In this document: one piece after another, positions 8,005 through 17,033 of the stretch
Layout of the letters: the number at the start of each line of letters is the position of its first letter
How positions within the stretch are numbered: the first letter of the stretch is position 1
Notes under the pieces: model-generated
Told to the model about the DNA's origin: nothing
Database searches by the model: none
The model's input: only the letters and a program-made list of their open reading frames with translations
Source of the DNA: Pseudobacteriovorax sp.
GTDB taxonomy: Bacteria > Bdellovibrionota_B > Oligoflexia > Oligoflexales > Oligoflexaceae
Direction: 5' to 3'
Assembly: GCA_050293845.1 (NCBI GenBank)
Contig: JBNKNM010000052.1
Span: forward strand, 1 to 29,297
Length of the DNA stretch: 29,297 nucleotides
Position numbers and translations under genes: made by a program

Positions 8005-10053
8005 TTAAGCAAGATACCTTTGCACCACCTCCAAGGTAAATGCTATCTCCAAGGCAGCATCTTGTAAGTAGTCATACCTTCCTGAAGCTCCGGCGTGACC
8101 AGCCTCCATATGAGTGCGCAAATAGATGGGGCGGTCTCCTGTATTGTACTCTCGCAATTTAGCAACCCATTTAGCGGGTTCCCAATAAGTCACCCTCATG
8201 TCATTTAGGCCACAAATAGCTAGAACTGCAGGGTATGGTTGTCGCTTGATATTATCGTAAGGTGAGTAAGACTTAATATAGTCATAGTACTCTTTCTTAT
8301 TAGGATTACCCCACTCATTATATTCAATGGTCGTCAAAGGTAATGAATCGTCAAGCATGGTATTCAGCGTATCGACAAAAGGTACCTCAGCTATAACCGC
8401 TGCGAATAGGTCAGGCCGCTCGTTAGCGATAGCCCCCATGAGCAATCCTCCTGCGCTTCCTCCCTTAGCAATGATCCTACCCGTTGCGGTATACCCTAAA
8501 CCAATCAGGCCCTCAGCAACATCTATGAAGTCATTAAAAGTATTCTTCTTATTCAGTAACTTGCCATCCAAGTACCACTGACGCCCCAGTTCCATGCCCC
8601 CCCGCACATGGGCAACAGCGTAAATAAGGCCTCTATCAACATAGCTGAGGCGAATTACCCCAAATGAAGCATCCAAACTCGCACCATATGATCCATAGGC
8701 GTAGAGTAAAAGGGGAGCACTCGCATCCAACTTTGTCGATTTATGGTAAATGAGTGTCACAGGGATTTCAACACCATCACGGGACTTAACAAACAACTTC
8801 TTTATTTTATAATTTCGCGAGTCAAAAGCAGGGTCAGGAACCTCCTGCTGCTTGATAACAGACTTAGATTTTGTCAGATAGTCATATTCAATAATCTGCT
8901 GCGGAATGTTTAGCGTTGAATAAGAATAGCGAAAGTTTTTAGTCTCATATTCCCGTGAAGGGTGTAGGTTAAGACTGCACGGCTCATCGTTATTATCTAT
9001 AAAAAAAGAAGCCTCACCATTTTTCGGAACTATCCTGATCCTTTGATGGGAGCGATGCCTCTCTTGAATAGCCACAAAGTCCAAAAATACAACCATGCCT
9101 TCAGTCAGTACACTTTCATCATAAGGTTGCCAAGGTACCCAACTATCGGGATTCGTACTTCCTTTTTTGGCGCGGTATAGGCAGTAGTTCATGGCCTTCC
9201 AATTGGATAAGATCAAAAAATCGCCATCAAGTGCAGAAACTTCATACTCGTGATTTTTTCGACGAGGTGTAATGCATTGGAAGTCGATAGCATCAACACG
9301 ATTTTCCGTGTACCATACTTCACTCGTATTATTTCCTGACAGCACAATGAATAAACTACTTTCATCCTCAGCCTGGTCTAACCAAACAAAAAATCCTGAA
9401 TCCTGTTCTTCATATATAAGTTCTGTCTTATGGGGATCTTTAAGATTATAACGATAAACGAATCTCGGCCTTAAGTTCTCATCAAGGCAAGTATATAAAA
9501 AAGTCTCCGAATCGTGGAACCATACCAAGCTACTAGCCCCATTTTCAACGCCGATATCCCGAATCTGCCCCGTTTCAAGGTCCTTAATGTAGATCTTATA
9601 ATTTTCATTACCGCTATCATCAATGGAGTAAGCGATATACCTATGGTTGGGACTGTTTACTAAGAAACCTAAACTACAGAAACTAAGACCTTTTGACAGG
9701 ATATTCTGATCCAGAATAATTTCCTCAGGGCCATCGGCAGATCCTATACGCCTACAGTAAATAGGATATTGCATATCCTTTTCATAACGCCGGTAATACC
9801 AGTAATTGCCATCCTTAGTGGGAGGGGTCGTATCATCCTCCTTAATACGCCCTTTTAACTCAGAAAATAACAGAGATTGGAGTTGTTCGGTGTGTTGTAG
9901 AGACTGCTGTAAATAGTTATTTTCTGCTTCAATATATTGAATAACTTCTGGATTATGCTGATCTCGCAGCCAGAAATAATAGTCCTCACGGGCATCCTCA
10001 TGCTCACTGATAACCTGTAGCTTTTTTTCTGCTCGGGGTGGTTTGACTTTCAT
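8005..10053 (-). CDS. ptrB: Oligopeptidase B (S9A)
   Basis: EDYYFWLRD, AHVRGGMELGRQWY, nucleophile GGSAGG, LTTIEYNEWGNP, DMRVTYWEPAKW and catalytic His in AGHAG. 682 aa. Confidence 0.95.
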   Translation of the reverse strand: MKVKPPRAEKKLQVISEHEDAREDYYFWLRDQHNPEVIQYIEAENNYLQQSLQHTEQLQSLLFSELKGRIKEDDTTPPTKDGNYWYYRRYEKDMQYPIYCRRIGSADGPEEIILDQNILSKGLSFCSLGFLVNSPNHRYIAYSIDDSGNENYKIYIKDLETGQIRDIGVENGASSLVWFHDSETFLYTCLDENLRPRFVYRYNLKDPHKTELIYEEQDSGFFVWLDQAEDESSLFIVLSGNNTSEVWYTENRVDAIDFQCITPRRKNHEYEVSALDGDFLILSNWKAMNYCLYRAKKGSTNPDSWVPWQPYDESVLTEGMVVFLDFVAIQERHRSHQRIRIVPKNGEASFFIDNNDEPCSLNLHPSREYETKNFRYSYSTLNIPQQIIEYDYLTKSKSVIKQQEVPDPAFDSRNYKIKKLFVKSRDGVEIPVTLIYHKSTKLDASAPLLLYAYGSYGASLDASFGVIRLSYVDRGLIYAVAHVRGGMELGRQWYLDGKLLNKKNTFNDFIDVAEGLIGLGYTATGRIIAKGGSAGGLLMGAIANERPDLFAAVIAEVPFVDTLNTMLDDSLPLTTIEYNEWGNPNKKEYYDYIKSYSPYDNIKRQPYPAVLAICGLNDMRVTYWEPAKWVAKLREYNTGDRPIYLRTHMEAGHAGASGRYDYLQDAALEIAFTLEVVQRYLA

Positions 10054-10079
10054 TCAGATTCCCTATGTTTTTCAATTTG

Positions 10080-11243
10080 CTAATGACTATCAAAGCACTG
10101 GATCACGTCAATTTTTGTGAAGTGTTTCTCCCCACAGCGCTTACATACGTATTTTGCGCCATTACGCATAAACTTGTCCTTCTCAGGCACATCAGAGGCT
10201 ATGTTGCGATGGCGCTTTTTAGGTTCGGTCAGTTTTGCAGCTTCAACCATGGCTTCTTCAATACTTCCATCCTGGTCATGCCCGCCAAAGCATTTTACTA
10301 CGTCCTCTTTTGTAAAGTAACTAGCATTACATTTCCGGCAAACATAATTTGTTCCATCTCTTATAAATTTATGGGCATCCGACTTTTGGGTAGCAGCTTG
10401 TTCCATAGTAGTACTTAAGCCTTGTGCTTTTTTTTCAGCATTAATTTTCAACCCTCGCTCTTCCTGGGTATGTTTACTATAGCAAGCTACAACTTCTTTG
10501 CGGGTAGGATAACGAGCTTGACACTTCCGACAGATATAAGCATTACCAGCCCTCTGATACACATTTCTTTCTTCAGCACTAGGCTCTGATTTTAACTCTG
10601 TTTGGATAGAGGAAGAGGTATGGGGTGATGATGAGAGGGTTTTGCGACCTGCAGAGCCAAGCTCAGCTCCATAGGCTTTGGCTCGCTCTGCTATCCTTTG
10701 CTGGGCCTTATTAATTCTTTCAAGATAAGGTACTGTTGTTCCCGTATTATCATGCCTTTTGGCGCACTTAAGAGCCAATTCGTAGCTACTGAAAACAGAT
10801 TGACAGCTACAGCAGACAAAGGAGTTACCTATTTTCGAAACTTTACTATCGCTGCCAAAGCTTTGGTTCATTTCCTTAGCCATATTGCCAGCCAACTCTG
10901 CAAGCTGTTTTGCCTTATCAGAAGCTGGCATGGTCGATTGGATAGAAAATTTTTTTTCAATCTCATGCTTGCTATTGACCTTCTGCTTACATAGCCTGAC
11001 ACATTCCCGGGCCTGTTCTAGAGAAGGATAGATTCGCTTGCAGTAAGAACAACGAAACTTTTTTTTCTGCCGTTTAGTAGAGTTGGTTATATTCTCACTA
11101 CTGTTTTCCTTCGCCAAACAAGTTTCAACACAAGATTCAGCCAACTTACGAAAAAGATGACGCTTACCACAGATACCACAGATATAACGATTCCCTTTTT
11201 TGATCACACGACGAGCGTTGGCTGATTTTTTTTCGGGCTCCAT
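10080..11243 (-). CDS. Hypothetical protein with six C-x2-C-x12-C-x3-[HC] zinc-finger repeats
   Basis: Six motifs with identical spacing; first Cys codons begin at 11180, 11051, 10814, 10532, 10340 and 10145. Start set at ATG 11243 (AAGG upstream), which avoids overlap with the S41 gene. Confidence 0.85.
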   Translation of the reverse strand: MEPEKKSANARRVIKKGNRYICGICGKRHLFRKLAESCVETCLAKENSSENITNSTKRQKKKFRCSYCKRIYPSLEQARECVRLCKQKVNSKHEIEKKFSIQSTMPASDKAKQLAELAGNMAKEMNQSFGSDSKVSKIGNSFVCCSCQSVFSSYELALKCAKRHDNTGTTVPYLERINKAQQRIAERAKAYGAELGSAGRKTLSSSPHTSSSIQTELKSEPSAEERNVYQRAGNAYICRKCQARYPTRKEVVACYSKHTQEERGLKINAEKKAQGLSTTMEQAATQKSDAHKFIRDGTNYVCRKCNASYFTKEDVVKCFGGHDQDGSIEEAMVEAAKLTEPKKRHRNIASDVPEKDKFMRNGAKYVCKRCGEKHFTKIDVIQCFDSH

Positions 11244-11304
11244 CTTAACCTTACCTAGCAAGGATACATCTGATGAATTTTCGGAGCTTTTTGGAAAAAA
11301 ATGA

Positions 11305-13059
11305 CTATTTTTTAGAGATTGATACTGAAGACTGGATTTCTCTATTATTTTCAATAATTTGTACTGCTACATCACGCCAACCTTGCCAACCAGCTATAAT
11401 ATCATCCAGGGAATCACGATAATGATATTTTGGCATTACCGGTAAGTTTTCTCGATTGTATTCATAAAATGCATTTTCTCGGGTATTTTCCCTCTCGCCA
11501 ACGGCCATACCATGACCGAAAAGCATATTTGGAATATCCAAGCTGACGATCTGGTAAAGATCTGTCCATTTTGTATCCTGATAAGGCTCCCAGGAAAAGT
11601 ATCCCGCCCCAGTGCCATTAGCTGCCTCTCCTAGCATTTCTGAGCGGCCACTTTTTTCTAAAAGCAGAGCCATGATATCACAGGCACTGACACACATTCC
11701 CGACATGAGGGTGACCATTGGCTCATTAAAGCCAGCGACTTCATCCGCTGACTTCAGATCGGCTGTCTTTGACCAGATCGCCGTGTGGGCATCATGGTTT
11801 TTAATGGCTTTTTGCACCTGCCTTGCTGCTTGCGCCTCGGAATTATATAGATTGTCCTGAGGAGACACCCGCTGCCATATCTGACGAATCCCATGGGTGA
11901 TACGAAAAGATTCAGTGTAAGAAGGATATAATTTCCCATCTTCTGCCAGTAGTGACATCAGCCTAATGGGAAACTCCACATGCCCCCCTTCATTATAGCG
12001 TAAATCTAGAATCAAGGGGCGGTGGCGACGTTTCAGTTTTAACAGAAAGCTAATGATCGGCTCGTCCCATTCCACCCCTGTAGAAAGGGATGCTTTTTTA
12101 ACGACCTGCCTTTCAAGGAAGGAGTACAGCTGTATCACACCTACTGAGCTTTTCCCGGAATTTAACCAACCTGTTCTTAAGACCAGTTTATCGGGTTCGG
12201 AATAACCATACCACTCTTCGGTGTATTTCATCCCACGGAAAGGATTTTTACTTGGTGTACTCGGTAACGACAAATCTCTGGGCCGGTAGTTAAAATTTTG
12301 TGATTCCAAGTAATAGGAGGCATCGACGCGGAACTCCTCATAGGTGTACTTCCAACGTAAACGTAATTTTTTGATCTGACCGCTTTCTCTCAGCCTAAAG
12401 ATAACCCGTACTGCTGCAGCTGCTGGATAAGAAAATGTTCTTTCAGTTAAAGCCGCCGCAGCTTGCGCCCGCCTATAATGTGGAGAGCTGCCAGAAATAT
12501 ATGGAATTAACTCATCTCTCTGCTGATGGACTGTTTCGTCACCAATAGCTAGCAGCTCATCACCCACACGCAGAGACCACTCATTTATATCAGCCAGCCT
12601 TTGGATCCGTTCCGAAATGCGGGTAAGTACAAATTTACCCTCCACTTCTCGGACATCAAAACCTAAGTAGATGGTTGGTAACGGCAAAACCGGATAACTC
12701 TGTAAGTGAGTATCCTGGAATAAAGCAATGGATCTTTGGACACGATCCAAAAAGCGCAGATTGGAAACACTTTGAGAAAAGGTTGTGTTTACGTCGCCAA
12801 ACTCCTGCTCGGTACTGATAGCTTGGGCAAAGATATCATCAATATCGATCCCTAACCGGCGTTTTTTCACATCTATCAGCGCATAGCGAACAAGAATAGC
12901 CTTTTTCATCGATCGCAATAGAGCCACACGATCTTCTAGTGAGTAGTAATAAAAATGTTTTCCTAATACCGTTGTTTGCTGAAAACAGGATGCAGAAAGA
13001 GATAAAAAACCAGCTGCGACGAGGAGCCAAGCAAACAGGCCGTAACGCCTACTAAACAT
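11305..13059 (-). CDS. S41-family peptidase with PDZ domain, CPAF-like, exported or lipoprotein
   Basis: Signal peptide ending LSASC, FQDTHL, PDZ-like LRVGDELLAIG, ILDLRYNEGG, CVSACD (catalytic Ser position) and GEAANGTG. GGAG RBS. Confidence 0.85.
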   Translation of the reverse strand: MFSRRYGLFAWLLVAAGFLSLSASCFQQTTVLGKHFYYYSLEDRVALLRSMKKAILVRYALIDVKKRRLGIDIDDIFAQAISTEQEFGDVNTTFSQSVSNLRFLDRVQRSIALFQDTHLQSYPVLPLPTIYLGFDVREVEGKFVLTRISERIQRLADINEWSLRVGDELLAIGDETVHQQRDELIPYISGSSPHYRRAQAAAALTERTFSYPAAAAVRVIFRLRESGQIKKLRLRWKYTYEEFRVDASYYLESQNFNYRPRDLSLPSTPSKNPFRGMKYTEEWYGYSEPDKLVLRTGWLNSGKSSVGVIQLYSFLERQVVKKASLSTGVEWDEPIISFLLKLKRRHRPLILDLRYNEGGHVEFPIRLMSLLAEDGKLYPSYTESFRITHGIRQIWQRVSPQDNLYNSEAQAARQVQKAIKNHDAHTAIWSKTADLKSADEVAGFNEPMVTLMSGMCVSACDIMALLLEKSGRSEMLGEAANGTGAGYFSWEPYQDTKWTDLYQIVSLDIPNMLFGHGMAVGERENTRENAFYEYNRENLPVMPKYHYRDSLDDIIAGWQGWRDVAVQIIENNREIQSSVSISKK

Positions 13060-13088
13060 GGTTTCTCCAATATGCCTTGATGACTGGA

Positions 13089-13164
13089 TTTTTAGATATT
13101 TTTTACGAAGCTGTCAATAAAAACTTGAATTTTTTTTGACATAGAAGCCAAAATTTTCTATTCA
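13089..13164. promoter_or_regulatory. Back-to-back sigma70-like promoters
   Basis: Perfect TTGACA on the minus strand (13117-13112) with TAAAAA 17 nt on, and on the plus strand (13136-13141) with TATTCA 17 nt on. Lies between divergent genes. The -10 matches are imperfect. Confidence 0.45.
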
Positions 13165-13199
13165 GCTCACTAAGGGTAAAGTTTAAGAGTGGAAATAAT

Positions 13200-13409
13200 A
13201 TGTCAAATTTACGTTTCTTATCACACAAAAGCCATGCTGTGTACGAACACACTGTGATTAACATGTATTTAAAAAGACTAACTAAACTCAGTAAGCAGCA
13301 AAGAAAGAACTATCTATTGTTTACACTCTGTATCCTAGCTGGAGTCGCTGCAGCCATCTTTCTTCCCTTTCTGATTACCGAATGCATAACACTAATGTTA
13401 AGTTCGTAA
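13200..13409 (+). CDS. Small single-pass membrane protein (start could be ATG 13263)
   Basis: Basic N-region followed by one hydrophobic segment, YLLFTLCILAGVAAAIFLPFLI. Confidence 0.45.
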   Translation: MSNLRFLSHKSHAVYEHTVINMYLKRLTKLSKQQRKNYLLFTLCILAGVAAAIFLPFLITECITLMLSS

Positions 13410-13468
13410 AAGCAAGATTTCCCTACCCGGCCACGGTATAATTAAATGACTTAGGGGGGAATCTAGCG

Positions 13469-13951
13469 ATGGTAGTGATCAAAGGGGAAAAAGGTTGGGC
13501 CGATGCTGAGCTGCCATTTACAGGAGCCGTCTCATCGTTCATCTCCGGGGAGACTAATCCTGACCGCATAACTATCCGCTATTTCAAATCTAATCAAAAC
13601 AGTGATCTATTTGCACGGATTTTATTTGGTCCTCATACTGCAGGTCAATTACATCATGTTCATACTGGAGTTCAAACAGCAGTTCTTGATGAATTTTGCT
13701 GCGCTTTAGTATGGCAAGCCGGTTATCGGGCTGTAGTTGCAAGCCTTGAAACTCACTTTATCCAGTTGGTCCCTCTTAACGAAATTCTAACCCTTAGCGG
13801 CACAATTGTTGAGTATGCCGGTCATCAAATGAAAGCTGAAGGTTTGATCAGCAATGAACGAGAACAGATTCTCACTAAGGCTTCTGTCCAATTTATCGAA
13901 CTCTCCGAAGAAAGTGGATTTGATGATAGCATCCTTAGGACAAAGCCTTGA
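13469..13951 (+). CDS. PaaI-like hotdog-fold thioesterase
   Basis: FGPHTAGQLHHVHTGVQTAVLDE (variant of HGG...LDE) and ASLETHFIQLVPL. AGGGGG RBS. Confidence 0.75.
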   Translation: MVVIKGEKGWADAELPFTGAVSSFISGETNPDRITIRYFKSNQNSDLFARILFGPHTAGQLHHVHTGVQTAVLDEFCCALVWQAGYRAVVASLETHFIQLVPLNEILTLSGTIVEYAGHQMKAEGLISNEREQILTKASVQFIELSEESGFDDSILRTKP

Positions 13952-14003
13952 AAAATTCTACATTTTTCAAGGCCAGCTAAATCTCGTAATTTCGGATTTG
14001 GGT

Positions 14004-14564
14004 CTAATAGAAATCATCGAGAATAGGGAGTACTTCGATGGCTGGATCATACTCTTCGCGTAGCACACTTTGAATGGCTGCCAAGGTTCCTGTGACCGCA
14101 CTCGGACAAGTTCCGCAGGCTCCCTCATACCTAATTTTTAAGACCTTTCCCTCTAGTGCAATAAGCTCTAGATCACCACCGTCACCTTGTAACGCCGGAC
14201 GAATGGTCTGATCCAAGATATTCTCAATTTGAAGCAGCTCGGGAGACAGGTTCTTGCGCCTGTTTTCTTCAAAGGTTTCAAAGTCTGGATCATGACTTGA
14301 TAATAAAGTTTTCACTATCTTCTGGGCTTCTTGAATGACATCATCCCAGGGGGTATGTCCATCCTGAGTTAAGGTGATAACATTCTCAAAAAAGTGTACT
14401 TGGGTGACACTTGGCAAGCTATATAATGCTTTGGCTAGGGGTATGTGATGACAGTCTTCAGCAGAGGAAAACGTGACCTTCCCGTCTGCTTTCACATCTA
14501 GATTACATATTATTTTTTTGGCATATGGATTGGGAGTTGCCTGCACCAACATCTTCACTTCCAT
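14004..14564 (-). CDS. Nfu/NifU-type Fe-S carrier (Nfu N-terminal domain plus NifU C-terminal domain)
   Basis: N-domain QATPNPYAKK; C-domain IRPALQGDGGDLEL and GACGTCPS (CxxC). Confidence 0.9.
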   Translation of the reverse strand: MEVKMLVQATPNPYAKKIICNLDVKADGKVTFSSAEDCHHIPLAKALYSLPSVTQVHFFENVITLTQDGHTPWDDVIQEAQKIVKTLLSSHDPDFETFEENRRKNLSPELLQIENILDQTIRPALQGDGGDLELIALEGKVLKIRYEGACGTCPSAVTGTLAAIQSVLREEYDPAIEVLPILDDFY

Positions 14565-14567
14565 AGC

Positions 14568-15020
14568 TTATTCCTCCTCACCGTTTGCACTAATTTTATC
14601 CCCAATGGCTTTCTGAAGAGCCTCCCATGGAAGGGTCATACACCTTTCCCTTGTAGGATAGTCTTTCATGACTGATAAGGCAGACATCTCTGGAATCGGT
14701 GGATGACTCAGCCAATCTAACCTGAACTGATCAAATGAGCATCTCAGTGAACGACAATGGTTCAAGCTTGCTCCTTCAATCGCCTTCAGCATAAGAGATG
14801 CTGAAGCCTTACAAATAACGCAGGACTCTCCTGAGAAACTTGTCTTTACGATAAGGTTATCGACAACTTGCAAGTAGATCTGAACGATGTCCCCACACAT
14901 ACGATTGTAAGCGCGACTATAATGAGTATGATCACTTATTTCCCCAAAATGATAAGGGTTGCGGCTAAGATTAATCAACTGCTCCTGATAAAGTCCTTTT
15001 GTTTGCTCCGACTCGTTCAT
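14568..15020 (-). CDS. sufU: SufU-like (NifU N-terminal family) sulfur-transfer/scaffold protein
   Basis: LYQEQLINLSRNPYHFG, NRMCGD, SCVICKASASLM and PTRERCMTLPW. No LPPVK motif, so SufU type rather than IscU. Confidence 0.85.
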   Translation of the reverse strand: MNESEQTKGLYQEQLINLSRNPYHFGEISDHTHYSRAYNRMCGDIVQIYLQVVDNLIVKTSFSGESCVICKASASLMLKAIEGASLNHCRSLRCSFDQFRLDWLSHPPIPEMSALSVMKDYPTRERCMTLPWEALQKAIGDKISANGEEE

Positions 15021-16267
15021 TATTTATACTTTTCAAGCGATTTTTTAAAGCGTTCTCGAACCCATTTATGGGTGATTTTTTGTATAACCTCCCCCATAAA
15101 GCCGGAAGCCAGCATGGCTTCCGCCTGCTGCCTCTCGATTCCTCTACTTTCCAAATAAAATACCTGCTCCTGATCCAAGCTACCGATGGTGGCCCCATGA
15201 CTGCACTTGACATCATCAGCATCAATTTCCATCTGTGGCTTAGTATCCACCTCTGCGCGATCGCCTACCAATAAGTTTTTGTTCAACTGACTGGCATCAG
15301 TTCCTGCCGCACCCAGGCGAATAAAAACCTTCCCATTAAAAACTAGACGGCTATGATCGCGAACAACCCCTTTGTAGAGTTGAGAGCTGATACAGTGGGG
15401 TACGCGATGATCCACCATGGTTTGATGATCAACATGCTGCCCATCGGTAGGGTGGTAAATAGCATTCAAATTAGTTTTTGCCCCTTCACCCGTGAGGCTT
15501 ATTTGTAAATCGTAACGGCAGAGCTTAGCCCCCTGGGAAAGGTTAAAAGTCTCTAAGTATGCTGACCTAGCCAATGCAAATTTAGTATGATCCAAATGAA
15601 CAGTCTCAAGACCATGTTGCTGCTGCTTGTAGTACCGGAGCCGCGCCTGCTCACCAATGGTCGCCTTAACACGAATATTGCTAAGAAAATAACAAGGCTT
15701 TTTAGTAGATAAGATAGTTTGGTGAGATTCCACGATAGTGAGCTCCGCCCCCCTTGCCAACTCGACCCAGACAGTAGGGTTGAGCATCCGCTGTTCAATA
15801 CTATCATCTACCAAAAAAACAACATACAATGGTTGGGATATAATTCTTTCCCGACTCAGCTGTACTCTAACACCCTGGTCGGAGAAGGCTGCTTGCAAAG
15901 CTTCCATACCATTTCCAAAGTCATTCTCCTGGGTATCTTGCCCACCTATTTTTGTTATGGTTAACCCTTCAACGGCTGAGGAAATATGAACTAGGTAGCC
16001 ATTATAAAAAACAATATTAATAGCTTCAGCTTCCAGATACTGAGAAAAATCATCATCATTGATTTCTTTCTTTGGAAGATAAGGCTTTAAACTCGCATCA
16101 AAGTAGGGTTTTAAGTTAGTGTATTTCCAATTTTCATCTTTCATTCGGTTAGGAATTCCAAGCTTTTTAAAGGCCGAGAGACCTTGCCGAGCCTGGTGAT
16201 AGATACTGCTATCATGGGGCTTAGCGGCCCAATAATCTTGGAATGCCTTTTCAAGCTGCTCAAACAT
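15020..16267 (-). CDS. sufD: Fe-S cluster assembly protein SufD
   Basis: ENWKYTNL, SQLYKGVV, VFNGKVFI, DTKPQMEIDADDVKCSHGATIG and FYLESRGI. Confidence 0.95.
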   Translation of the reverse strand: MFEQLEKAFQDYWAAKPHDSSIYHQARQGLSAFKKLGIPNRMKDENWKYTNLKPYFDASLKPYLPKKEINDDDFSQYLEAEAINIVFYNGYLVHISSAVEGLTITKIGGQDTQENDFGNGMEALQAAFSDQGVRVQLSRERIISQPLYVVFLVDDSIEQRMLNPTVWVELARGAELTIVESHQTILSTKKPCYFLSNIRVKATIGEQARLRYYKQQQHGLETVHLDHTKFALARSAYLETFNLSQGAKLCRYDLQISLTGEGAKTNLNAIYHPTDGQHVDHQTMVDHRVPHCISSQLYKGVVRDHSRLVFNGKVFIRLGAAGTDASQLNKNLLVGDRAEVDTKPQMEIDADDVKCSHGATIGSLDQEQVFYLESRGIERQQAEAMLASGFMGEVIQKITHKWVRERFKKSLEKYK

Positions 16268-16281
16268 ATTACCCCCTGCTC

Positions 16282-17031
16282 CTATATGAGCCAGTCGTAG
16301 CCCTTATTTTCGATTTCCAGAGCTAAAGACTTATCTCCAGATGCGACGATTTTGCCACCATAGAGAACATGAACAAAATCTGGCTCAATATGATTCAATA
16401 ACCTTTGGTAGTGAGTAATCAAAACAAAAGCGTTATCAGCGCTTCTGAGTTTATTCACTCCATCCGATACAATCTTTAATGAATCCACATCGAGCCCGGA
16501 ATCGATTTCATCCAAAACCGACAAACGTGGGGATAGTACTGCCATTTGTAATATTTCGTTTCTTTTTTTCTCGCCCCCTGAGAGATCTACATTGAGTTCT
16601 CGATCCAAAAAGCTTTCATCGATGTTAAGCATAGCCATCTTTTCGTGAACGAAAGCCAAGAAACGATCCGTGTTCATTTCTTCGATTCCCTGGTATTTAC
16701 ATAGGGAATTAAAAGCAGCCCGGAGAAATTCTAAATTAGGTACTCCCGGTATCTCTACCGGATACTGGAATGCCAAAAAAATACCTAACTTCGATCTTTC
16801 ATCGGCTGACAGCTCTACAATGCTTTTGGTTTTTAAATTAACCTCGTAGTTGATACTACCGTCTATGACCTCATATTCCGGATGTCCCGCAAGAACCTTT
16901 GCAAGAGTAGATTTTCCTCCTCCATTTGGTCCCATTATTGCATGCACTTCACCAGATTTTACAGTCAAATTCAGTCCTTTTAGAACTTGAACATCATCAA
17001 CTTTCGCATGAAGATTTCTTATTTCTAACAT
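16282..17031 (-). CDS. sufC: Fe-S cluster assembly ATPase SufC
   Basis: HAIMGPNGGGKST, FLAFQYPVEIPGV, LSGGEKKRNEILQM, LDEIDSGLDVD and ITHYQRLL. Confidence 0.97.
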   Translation of the reverse strand: MLEIRNLHAKVDDVQVLKGLNLTVKSGEVHAIMGPNGGGKSTLAKVLAGHPEYEVIDGSINYEVNLKTKSIVELSADERSKLGIFLAFQYPVEIPGVPNLEFLRAAFNSLCKYQGIEEMNTDRFLAFVHEKMAMLNIDESFLDRELNVDLSGGEKKRNEILQMAVLSPRLSVLDEIDSGLDVDSLKIVSDGVNKLRSADNAFVLITHYQRLLNHIEPDFVHVLYGGKIVASGDKSLALEIENKGYDWLI

Positions 17032-17033
17032 CT

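Noticed and set aside
11244..11354. Longer TTG start of the zinc-finger gene given in the track
   Set aside because: It overlaps the S41 3' end and adds only Ser-rich low-complexity sequence. ATG 11243 has a purine-rich upstream site.
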